Below, piece after piece: positions 9,848-19,000 of a DNA stretch of 46,805 nucleotides. The position numbers and the translations under genes were made by a program. How positions within the stretch are numbered: position 1 is the stretch's first letter; the number at the start of each line of letters is the position of its first letter. The notes beneath the pieces are model-generated. The model saw nothing but the letters and a program-made list of their open reading frames with translations, was not told the DNA's origin and made no database searches. Location of the stretch: contig JBNJGH010000015.1 of assembly GCA_051747585.1 (NCBI GenBank), forward strand, positions 1 to 46,805. Reading direction: 5' to 3'. The stretch comes from Candidatus Rifleibacteriota bacterium. GTDB lineage: Bacteria > Muiribacteriota > Ozemobacteria > Ozemobacterales > Ozemobacteraceae.

Positions 9848-10410
9848 TCTCTTACCCTCGACTTAAAAGAAGCTAGACTGTATCTTTTCTGGCGGTTACT
9901 GCCTTTGTCTTTCCAGAAAACGGTCATAGTATACTGGTAACACATTTCTGAATAACTAATTTCTCTAATGTTCCAATCCCAGGCTTTGGGATCGTCTTTG
10001 TTCGCGGCTTTGGCAGCAGGATCATACATGGGAACGGTAAAGCTGCCTGGTCTGTCCTTTACTTTAAGCACAAATTTAAATTGGATGCCATCGATTTCTT
10101 CAGGGCCGACAACGAGTTTTATGATTTTACTGCCTGCCGTAGATTGAAGTGTTTCCTGAATATCTGTACCATATTCGACTTCCGGGTTTGCATTTCTTTC
10201 AAGATAACCAAAAGGCATTTGTAAAGCCTGGTTTATTTTTTGCTGGCATAAATTAACTGCTTTAATAGTTCTGTTGTCTTTGTCAGTAGCTTTTATTGAA
10301 GTGCCCATAACACCCATTATAGGGATAAAGGCCGTGGCAACCAGGGCCATGGCAAGAATAATTTCTGTCAGCGTTATAGCACTGTTCTTTCTATTTTTTC
10401 GTAAATACAT
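9844..10410 (-). CDS. PilV/GspI-like minor pilin
   Basis: Class III signal RKNSA|ITLTEIILAMALVATAF with Glu+5. C-terminal strand YQYTMTVFWKD. Confidence 0.75.
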   Translation of the reverse strand: MYLRKNRKNSAITLTEIILAMALVATAFIPIMGVMGTSIKATDKDNRTIKAVNLCQQKINQALQMPFGYLERNANPEVEYGTDIQETLQSTAGSKIIKLVVGPEEIDGIQFKFVLKVKDRPGSFTVPMYDPAAKAANKDDPKAWDWNIREISYSEMCYQYTMTVFWKDKGSNRQKRYSLASFKSRVRE

Positions 10411-10412
10411 AA

Positions 10413-11228
10413 TTAAAAGTCTCCGGGGGACATTTCATTAACCGGCACGGAAAAATCAATCCTGGCCTTAAAAGATTGCGATACTTTTGTTGCTTCATAA
10501 CGCGGATGCTGGCAAGTAATATCGACTCCGATTATTTTTTCGGTATCGTCCATGGCATCGGTGCCGGAAGCTATTTCAACCGTGAAGCTGGCTGCAAAAA
10601 CTTCTGTTAGTTTTATCGTGTATGGAGCATTCCCAAGTGAAAATACCGAAGGTGGAGCATTGAATTCCGGAGCAGTAAATTCCATCATGTCGGGAAAGTA
10701 GTCGACGGGACTGTTGAAATAATCAATGCCACTATGAGCAACTCGGTCGGTATTAGCATGAAAATAAAGGGTGTAAAGTTTTTTTGCGGCAGGGCGTGCC
10801 ATTAGACAATGGTGAAGAATGAGGCCAGGACCTTGCCCGGGTTGGGCCGGGTCGTTGCCAAAGGCCGTCATGTCAGGCTTGCAGATGCTGAAAAGTATAA
10901 GTCTGGTGTCGTCCTCTGGTCTTAATACAGTCGTATCATTTTCTACAGTAACAAAGTCAGATGCTGATTCTACCATCTGGTCATCTGGGGCACCCGCGCC
11001 AGGTTCAACTTGAACAGCATTAGATGCCTGTTCTATTCTCTCTTTTAAATTTGTAATAAATCTTTCCATCTCTTTTTGCTTGTTGAGTTTCCAGCTGCCG
11101 GTCATAAACATGCGACTACCCATACGGTAAAAAGAAAAAAGACCGACGAGAAACAACGATAAAACGCCAGCGGCAATTAATATTTCAACCAGAGTGAACC
11201 CATTTTTGTTCCGCTTCGCTTGGTACAT
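10413..11228 (-). CDS. PilW/GspJ-like minor pilin with prepilin N-terminal methylation motif
   Basis: KRNKNG|FTLVEILIAAGVLSLF. Start moved from 11267 to ATG 11228 because GAAGGAGA lies just upstream and gives a short basic leader. Confidence 0.8.
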   Translation of the reverse strand: MYQAKRNKNGFTLVEILIAAGVLSLFLVGLFSFYRMGSRMFMTGSWKLNKQKEMERFITNLKERIEQASNAVQVEPGAGAPDDQMVESASDFVTVENDTTVLRPEDDTRLILFSICKPDMTAFGNDPAQPGQGPGLILHHCLMARPAAKKLYTLYFHANTDRVAHSGIDYFNSPVDYFPDMMEFTAPEFNAPPSVFSLGNAPYTIKLTEVFAASFTVEIASGTDAMDDTEKIIGVDITCQHPRYEATKVSQSFKARIDFSVPVNEMSPGDF

Positions 11229-11277
11229 TAAATCTCCTTCTCTATATACCTGCAATATTTGTGCCATTTCTGTTTTT

Positions 11278-12216
11278 TTAATCTGGAGCCATTATTTTAT
11301 CAATTTCAGTATCATAATTCAGATTGTGTCGTTCTATTAAATCCAGAACACTTTCAACTGCACTTATTACTTTCTCATCAATTTCATACTTTTGGTAGAT
11401 ATTGGTTACGAGTTCTGTTGTCAGGTCATCGCCACCGGACAACACAAGAGGGTAAGGCTTCAGAGGAAGCATATCGAGTGAATCCGGGGAATGTACCAGC
11501 TCCAACCAGTTTATAAGTTTTCGAGATTCAGGAATTTCATCTGATGGCAAAATGTGGTCACGATTAGCAAGAAATGAATAAAAAAGACTGTAATCTATAC
11601 CCGGAACCCCAAGGCCGTATTGTTCGCCGGACACATATTTCAATGGATAGTTGAATGGCACCGTAATAGAGCTGTTTAAGACAATTTCATAACCCTTTTT
11701 GGCGGAAATTTGTTTTAAGGTTGAAAGGGTTTCCTGCTCAATTTTATTTAAAATTTCTCTGGTTTTTTCCGGGTTGGTAAGTTCGGGACAGGATTGCTGA
11801 TACTTGATTTCATCTATTTCCTTCAAAACTTTATCTGTTTTGGAATTGAGTTCGCGTAGTTTTTCAATTCTTTTGATTTCAGCATTGGAATCTAATGCCG
11901 GTTCATTCATAATTCGACCTTTTTTTGTATCTATCTTTATAAGCTGATTTTGCAATTCGTTAATTTCATCTTCCAGTTTAGAAGAGTTTGCTGTTTTTTT
12001 TAATTGCTGGACTTCAGTCTGGAATTCTTCATTTGAAAGGCCGGTCTGGACTTTAAAAAAGCCCATTCGATCAAAATCGAACAGTGACATTTTCGGGTGC
12101 AGGCTTATTGCCAGGCCCAGGTTTACTTTTGCTATATCAGCGCTTTTTAAGCTGGAAGGAAAAAATAAAAACTGAACAATAAAACAAACAAGAAAAAATA
12201 TTTTGATTTTTTTCAT
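11278..12216 (-). CDS. Skp/OmpH-like periplasmic coiled-coil protein (enlarged)
   Basis: Signal peptide, IAKVNLGLAISLHPKM, coiled coil, KQISAKKGYEIVLNSS, GGDDLTTELVTNIY. Confidence 0.7.
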   Translation of the reverse strand: MKKIKIFFLVCFIVQFLFFPSSLKSADIAKVNLGLAISLHPKMSLFDFDRMGFFKVQTGLSNEEFQTEVQQLKKTANSSKLEDEINELQNQLIKIDTKKGRIMNEPALDSNAEIKRIEKLRELNSKTDKVLKEIDEIKYQQSCPELTNPEKTREILNKIEQETLSTLKQISAKKGYEIVLNSSITVPFNYPLKYVSGEQYGLGVPGIDYSLFYSFLANRDHILPSDEIPESRKLINWLELVHSPDSLDMLPLKPYPLVLSGGDDLTTELVTNIYQKYEIDEKVISAVESVLDLIERHNLNYDTEIDKIMAPD

Positions 12217-12881
12217 CTATTTTCCCTTTCATTTATTAAAACAGGCTGACTAATTTGCTGAAACAAAAGTGAGATTCTATTTGTTCGTCGAAGGTAGTCA
12301 GAAAGTTCGTTAGCGTTTTGTGGGTTGTTAAAAAAATCTCTTAACAGATTTTTATTAAAATCTGGAGGAGGCTGATAAAATCTGGGTAGTTTATTCAGAA
12401 TGATTTTTTCCGAACCGGGCTCTAATTCAGCAATGGTTTCTTTCATGATTTGCTTTGCAATGGGCAATAGGGTTGTTGTGGGAGGGACGCCGCCGGTACC
12501 TATTAATTCTTCTATTTCGGGTAATTTGTTTTTTAAATTCAGAATTTTTTGATCTGATTTTTTTATTTTTTGCCAGAGGACCTTTTCGGCATCTTTGTCA
12601 TTTGAACCTGTAAGTGCCGCAGACACATGTTTCGATTTTTGCGTCTCGAGCTCTTTTATAGTGCTTTTAATATTCTTGAGTTGTTGTTTTAATTCTTTAA
12701 CGTCTTTTATGGCACTTTTAGTGTTTTTGAAGCGGTTTGTTTTACTGTCGAAACTTTTCATGAGAGGGTGCTGCTCAAGCAGTCTTTGAAGATCGCAGGT
12801 GTTAAAGGTCTGCGCCAATAACGGCAGACTGAAAAATATGAAAAAAATATTTAACATTGTAAAAAAAAATTTACGCATCAA
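12213..12881 (-). CDS. Divergent Skp/OmpH-like exported coiled-coil protein
   Basis: Signal peptide, FNTCDLQRLLEQHPLMKSFD aligns with the LHPSM/LHPKM motif of the two neighbouring paralogues, coiled coil, KIILNK. Confidence 0.5.
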   Translation of the reverse strand: MMRKFFFTMLNIFFIFFSLPLLAQTFNTCDLQRLLEQHPLMKSFDSKTNRFKNTKSAIKDVKELKQQLKNIKSTIKELETQKSKHVSAALTGSNDKDAEKVLWQKIKKSDQKILNLKNKLPEIEELIGTGGVPPTTTLLPIAKQIMKETIAELEPGSEKIILNKLPRFYQPPPDFNKNLLRDFFNNPQNANELSDYLRRTNRISLLFQQISQPVLINERENR

Positions 12882-13597
12882 TCTGGTAACTCCGGAAAAT
12901 CGAATTGATAAGGGTCTATTTCCAGATCAGCTCTGCGTCTAAGCAATTTAAGAGCCAGAAAGCGCTCAACCAGAGGGTGGTCTTCAAAAAGACTCATACG
13001 GGTTGAATTGATTGGAAATATAGCCAAAGACATTATTGTTGGCGGAAAAGGAATCTGATAGAAAATAAAAGAGACCCAGGCCATGCTGTTGGTCTCTTGA
13101 GCCCATGGCTGATTTGTGCCCGGGAAAACACCACGCAATCTACTATTCAGCATTATAACAATTTGATGGCACTTGTAATCTGAATTAGCATCAGAAAAAA
13201 AGGCAATTTTTAGATAATTTTTATCACTTCCGACAATTAATGGAGGATTGTTTCTATCGCTTTTTCTGGCAAGACTGAGGGGACTTTCGTCTGGTTCAAG
13301 CAATATCCAGTCAATCTTTGAGGGCCAGCCATCAAGCGCATTGATAAATTCAGCAAGGAACCGGGACATCATATTATGCTCTGCCAGCCAGTAAACTTTG
13401 TTTGTCGGCTTCTCTTTAAAACTGTTTGTTAAAAAGCTGAATTCAGCAATTGGGAACAAGGGAGCAGAAACAGGTACTTTTGTGAAAAACATCAATTTCC
13501 AGTCATGTACGGCAAGACTACACGCTGTAGAAGCTTTCGCCCAGCATGACAGTAAAAAAATCATTAAAATTAAATGTCGTATTAATTGAGGTTTCAT
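12878..13597 (-). CDS. Hypothetical exported protein (239 aa), first gene of the coupled pilin/Skp block
   Basis: N-terminal signal peptide. Stop overlaps the next ATG (ATGA). Confidence 0.65.
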   Translation of the reverse strand: MKPQLIRHLILMIFLLSCWAKASTACSLAVHDWKLMFFTKVPVSAPLFPIAEFSFLTNSFKEKPTNKVYWLAEHNMMSRFLAEFINALDGWPSKIDWILLEPDESPLSLARKSDRNNPPLIVGSDKNYLKIAFFSDANSDYKCHQIVIMLNSRLRGVFPGTNQPWAQETNSMAWVSFIFYQIPFPPTIMSLAIFPINSTRMSLFEDHPLVERFLALKLLRRRADLEIDPYQFDFPELPD

Positions 13598-13651
13598 ACA
13601 CTTATTAGAATACCATATAATAAAGTTTAAGCCAAAACAGATTTGTAAAGA

Positions 13652-16018
13652 TCAGTCTTCGACTGAAATTGTAATTTGCGAAGCAAACTCGGATTCCCCC
13701 AGTGCGGTAATAGTATGCTTTCCTGGCTTCATTGGCCAGTAAGCTTCGTAGGGCGGAGAGGTTCTAATAAATTCATTGCCGTTGATCATCCAGATAATCT
13801 CGCCACACGATCCTTCGGGAATTGCACGCAAATGCAAAAAGTTTTCGTGATAATTGCTCATAAGATAGGTATCGTTATTGTGGGGTGAAACAATCTTTAT
13901 TGTACATTGTTTGTTGCCAGTTGATGAAAGATTGCTTGTATTCTTTTTGCTATCCGCTGCTTTTTTTTGTTTATTAACACTAATGCCCGGTAGTTTATAC
14001 GGATCAGCTATTTGACTGAAACCCTTTAGTTTAAAAGGGTCTAAGCTGATTTTACGTGCTCTGTTTCTCAACCAGATTGCATAATCTGCTTCGAGCTCAT
14101 GAAAAACTGCTTCTTTTTTATGAAAGTCACATATACTCTTGGGCCGACTTTGCTTGGATATAAGATCAAGAGCAGTTCTGCTGCAGAGCTTCCCGGTTTT
14201 TTTGCCCGAGATTGCGCAGACCTCGATTGATTTTACTCCAGAGGGTTTTGTTATTGCTGAAAATTTGGCTCTTGATCCAAGGTCGCTGATTATATCTTTG
14301 AGTATGGGGCCACAGGCAGTTGTTCCGGAAAGAGCGCGAGTTGGAGATCCGTCAAAATTTCCGACCCATAAACTTATTATATAGTTCCCATTAAAGGCTG
14401 TTAGCCAGCTGTCCCGGTAGTTAGTGCTGGTCCCGGTTTTCAGGGCCCATCGATTTTTAAATTTAAAAAAGTCAGGGTTGCCGAAAGTAAATAGTCGGGC
14501 TGTAGGGTCTGAAAGAATTTCATAAATAAGATAAGACGTAGCTTCGCTAAATATTTGTTTTTCTCTAACCGGTTCGTTCATTATCATCGAAATTGATTTA
14601 AGTTTTCCTTGATTAGCAAATATGCCATAGGCCTGTGCCAGATCGATCATTTTAATTTCAGGGTTGCCTATCGCCAGCCCCAGCCCGTAAAAATCAGCAG
14701 CACCCTTTGTTTCTTCAAGTAACTCGGTTTCAACTAGAAGTTTATAAAAGCTTTTTATACCGATCAGGTTCAGCATTTTAACGGCAGAAATATTAAGGCT
14801 GTTGCCAAGAGCTGTTCGTATCGAAACCGGCCCATAAGATCTCTTGTTGGCGTTGTTGGCAAGATATTCGCCCTGGGGTGTTTTGTAGGTTCGCATCGTA
14901 TCGGGTATGACGAAAGAGGGGTAAAAACCTTGTTCGAAAGCCAGGGCGTATAAAAAGGGCTTTAAACTTGAGCCTCCTGATCTTTTGGCAAAACAGCCAT
15001 TATTATAGCCGCCGGCAATAGGACCAAATTCGGCAGAACCCACCATAGCAAGGATTTCCATTTCCGGAACATTAACGATCATTCCACAGAGCTGTCGAGC
15101 TCCGTAATCAGCAATGCGCGATAAATGTGAGCGTAAGGTGTTGTCGAGCAGATTTTGTAATGGCAGAGATATAGTGGTTCGCACCTTGCCTGATTCTAGT
15201 TTTCCGTTTTGTTGAATAAGATTGCAGAAATGGGGGGCTTTCAAAGGTAAGCGTGATTTGTATTCCGGAATATTCGTTTTAATAGCTTCCTTCCCCTGCT
15301 TTAAAGTGCAATAACCGAGTTTTATCATTTCTCGAATTATCCAGTCCCTGCGCTTTCTTAAAAGCTTATTGCTTTTGGAATCGAAAGGCGATAGTCTGCC
15401 CGGAGACTGCACAAGCGCTGCCAGCGTCGCAGACTCTGCCAGATTGAGATGTTGAGGCGATTTTTTAAATAAAAGCATCGATGCGAGGTTGAATCCTCTG
15501 ATATTGCCGAACATTGGGACTGAATTCAAATAAAACTCCAGAATTTCCTTTTTGCTGTATTTGCTTTCGAGCAACAAAGCAGAAAATAATTCCTGAAATT
15601 TGCTTTTGAAGGTCCGCGGTCTTGGTTTTAATATTCTTATAAGCTGTTGAGAAATAGTCGATGCGCCCGAAATGATTTTTAAATTAATCAAGTTCTGCCA
15701 GGTTGCCCGGACAATTGAAAAGATATTGAACCCCGGATGTTGAAAGAAATTCCTGTCTTCTGCGGTTAGCACTGTCTGCGTAATTTGCTGGGAGTGGCTT
15801 GCCAGAGGAAGATAAAAGTGCAAATCTCCATTGCGGTCAGGATAAATTCGTAAAGGATGGTTATAACGATCGGTTAAGACTGTTCCGGAATTAAATCTTT
15901 TCTCGACAAGCTTAACCGGATTGTCTGCGACAAAAGGCAGCCACCACGAGCGAAGCAACCACAGGCAAACAAGGCCTGTGGTTGCAATAACAAAAGATAT
16001 TGTCAGTTTCTTTTTCAA
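13652..16018 (-). CDS. pbpC: Penicillin-binding protein 1C
   Basis: Transglycosylase motifs AEDRNFFQH and GASTISQQL. Transpeptidase motifs SSLK, SLN, KTGTS. C-terminal PBP1C domain. Directly downstream of alpha-2-macroglobulin. Confidence 0.92.
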   Translation of the reverse strand: MKKKLTISFVIATTGLVCLWLLRSWWLPFVADNPVKLVEKRFNSGTVLTDRYNHPLRIYPDRNGDLHFYLPLASHSQQITQTVLTAEDRNFFQHPGFNIFSIVRATWQNLINLKIISGASTISQQLIRILKPRPRTFKSKFQELFSALLLESKYSKKEILEFYLNSVPMFGNIRGFNLASMLLFKKSPQHLNLAESATLAALVQSPGRLSPFDSKSNKLLRKRRDWIIREMIKLGYCTLKQGKEAIKTNIPEYKSRLPLKAPHFCNLIQQNGKLESGKVRTTISLPLQNLLDNTLRSHLSRIADYGARQLCGMIVNVPEMEILAMVGSAEFGPIAGGYNNGCFAKRSGGSSLKPFLYALAFEQGFYPSFVIPDTMRTYKTPQGEYLANNANKRSYGPVSIRTALGNSLNISAVKMLNLIGIKSFYKLLVETELLEETKGAADFYGLGLAIGNPEIKMIDLAQAYGIFANQGKLKSISMIMNEPVREKQIFSEATSYLIYEILSDPTARLFTFGNPDFFKFKNRWALKTGTSTNYRDSWLTAFNGNYIISLWVGNFDGSPTRALSGTTACGPILKDIISDLGSRAKFSAITKPSGVKSIEVCAISGKKTGKLCSRTALDLISKQSRPKSICDFHKKEAVFHELEADYAIWLRNRARKISLDPFKLKGFSQIADPYKLPGISVNKQKKAADSKKNTSNLSSTGNKQCTIKIVSPHNNDTYLMSNYHENFLHLRAIPEGSCGEIIWMINGNEFIRTSPPYEAYWPMKPGKHTITALGESEFASQITISVED

Positions 16019-16047
16019 GGCATTAAAACCCTTAGTTCAGCTTCGTT

Positions 16048-19000
16048 TTATCTCGATCCCTTGATTTCAATTTCTTTGGCTATGGTCATGCCGTAAATTT
16101 CAGGATTATACATTAATGAAACATGGGTTGGTTTCATTTTGAACCTGCCTTCGCAAACTGCTCTGAGGTAATATTCAAGTCTGAAGCTTCCGGACCACAA
16201 GCGGTTTTTAAAGGCCAGGACCTTGTCATCATGCATTTCCTGATGATTGGCATAAAACCTGTAAGAGCCGTTTTCCCAGCTGCAATAAGCTTGTTCGTTG
16301 TCTAGTTCGGATGCAGGAAGACTGTCATTTTTCAATGATGTGTTAACCGGAATAAAACCGGCAGGAACAGGGTCTTCAAGGGCAAGATAGTGTAGAATTC
16401 TGTGCTTGTCATCAAAATTGAATTTATCTTCAAATATTACCGTAACTTTTACCAGATCGCCGACTTTTATATCTTCTTCTCCGTTCAGATTCGTCAGTGT
16501 TTTGCTTATGTTAAAGCCTTTGTTAACCTTTTCCTGCCTGTTTTCATGGTCAGGATAATTGTAGTCGAGCGACCAGTTAAGCAAAACATCATCCGAACAG
16601 GTTATTTTTAAGCCATCCGGGTTTATTAGTTCTTCAGAAGATAACTCAATAGTTGCACCATACTTATTGACTTTCTTTGCAAAACTTCCTTTAGAAGTCG
16701 TTATAGATACTTCAATGTTTTTTTTGCTTTCTTTTATCTGAGTGCGTTTAAAGTATTTAGAAAGTGCAAGAAGAGCAAAGCCGGTGTCGGCAGTAGAGTT
16801 CCAATAGCCCTTTTCGGTGATGTTGTCGAGGATCTCGCCGGCAAATTGATCGGCTTGTTTAATATCGCCACCTGCCTCAAGAATGGCCATGAGAGCAAAG
16901 GCGTTTTCGCGGGTTGAAGAATAATACCAGCTGTGGGTTACGCTTTTATTAGCCGGTTTTAATCTCTTTAACATTGCGTGAAGCTGCATTTTATCGGTTT
17001 TGCCATTAAGGGTGCGGGCAAGTATCAGCAATGGAAGCGCCTCTGTTTCTTTGTCGCTGAACCCTTTGCCTATAACATCAAGATCAGCTTCTTTGAGTGT
17101 CTGATTCATTGCAAGGTTAACCGCAGCAAGAGCCATAATTCCCCTGCGATAGTTATTTTCGTTATTGTTACCGAAAAGGCCGTTTCTGGTAAACTTAACT
17201 GCTTTGTCGATGCGATCCTGATCGATAGTGAAACCGGCTTTTTTTGCCATGCTCAAGGCTAGAACAGCATATTGGCTTCCCCACCAGGAAATGTTGCTTG
17301 AACCGGGCCAGTAGGAGAAGCCGCCTGATGGTTGTTGCATTCCCAATATTCGCTCGATTCCATTTTCGATAAAGTCATCGACAGGTGTGTGGGCATAGGC
17401 TTGCAAGTATCCCTGATCTATAAGTTCTCTTATTGCAATTAATGGAATAATTGCCGAGCAGGTCTGCTCTATGCAGCCATAAGGATATTTAAGCAGATAG
17501 CCAATTGCAGGTACAATTTTCGACCATTTGCTTGCCGATAACTGAAGTCGTGCAGAAATGGTGCCCTGTTTTTTTGGTTCGGAAAGATTGGATACATATT
17601 TGGGAAGGTCAGGCTTAATTCTGGTCGATTTGGTGAAATGGCCACTGGAATACCGGTTAATAATGGTCGTTGCCGGGTTGATGGTCAGAGTTTGCTTTAT
17701 CCTGTCCTGCATTCCTTTGAAGTTGCCGGAAAAAATTATCGAACTTTTCTGGCAACCATTATCTGCATTCATCTGGATTTTGGAAGTCGAGTTGGTGAAA
17801 GCTTGAAGCTCAACCTGCCCTTTCATAGGTGTCATGCTGAGATTTTCTGCTTTTTCTATGCGGTAATCGGCAATACCAGAGAAATTGGTTTTATTTTTAA
17901 GACTGAGTGGGAAAACTGCTTTATCGCCCGCAGTTAGAAAGTTTGGTAAGCCCGGTTCTATATAAAAGTCTTTGCTGATAAGCAGTTGGCGATCTGTGGT
18001 CGCAAACGCCGAATGTTTATCGGCTGCAACCGCATAGATTCGATATGAAGTCATGCTGTCCGGGGCTTTGAAATTAATGGTTATTTTGCCTTGTTTGTCG
18101 GGATAAAGGGCTGGTGCCCAGAAGGCTACCGGTCTGAAGTCCTGGCGCAGATCAAAGTCTGCGTTTATGTTGCCTGTTCCGCCATCGCCGCCTGTTAATT
18201 CTTTTACTCCGATTAACTCGAACAATTCCTGGCTGATAAGTGAAGTGCGCAAATCACCTGAAAAAACTTTTAAAGGCAGAATGAAATCTGTTAACGAGTC
18301 TAGAGCAGGTGTTACAAAACCTGTAAGTGATAATACGGCTTCGTCGACAACGCAAACAGCAACTTCTGCTTCTGTAGGCTGCATGTCTTGATTTTTTATT
18401 TCAAGGTTAATTTCAACACTTTCTCCGGGCAGGGCTTTGAGCTCTTCGGGCTTGTCTGGAGCAATTTTAAGAGATAATTTCTCAATTTTGTTTTTAACTT
18501 TTATATTGGTAAAGCCAAAGTAGGTTTTTGGATAGTTTTTGTCGACCTGACTGGTATAAATCGGGAAATCACCACGCCGGGAGGGTGCGGTAAGGCTGAT
18601 ATAAACATTGGGCCTGCAATCTTTGCCGATGACCTTTTCCAGGCTGCCATGAGATTTTCCAACTTTTATGACTTCTGCGCTTAGAATTTCGTCGGTCTCC
18701 ATGGTAAGCAAGGCATAGTCGGCCGGAGAAGGCAGCGAATATCTGATTTTAACTTTGTTATTTATTTTAGCTACCTGCTTATCAGCTAGTAGAGCTATTT
18801 CATTTTCACTTCGTTTTCTCGAGTCATTGTTGTAATCGCGAAATCTTGAATATGAACCTTGAACGTAAAAGCTATAGGTCGATTTGAAAATGCCTTGAGA
18901 GTTTTCATAAGCAGCTTCGATTAGATAGTTTCCGCCTTCGGGTAGAACAAGGTCGAAGGTCGCTTTTCCGTTTTTAATTTCTCCGGTTAAGCTCTGGCTT

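Noticed and set aside
11229..11267. Track start at 11267 for the PilW-like gene (likewise 22061 for clpB and 44009 for the hypothetical)
   Set aside because: Downstream ATGs have better Shine-Dalgarno sequences and give family-typical N-termini.
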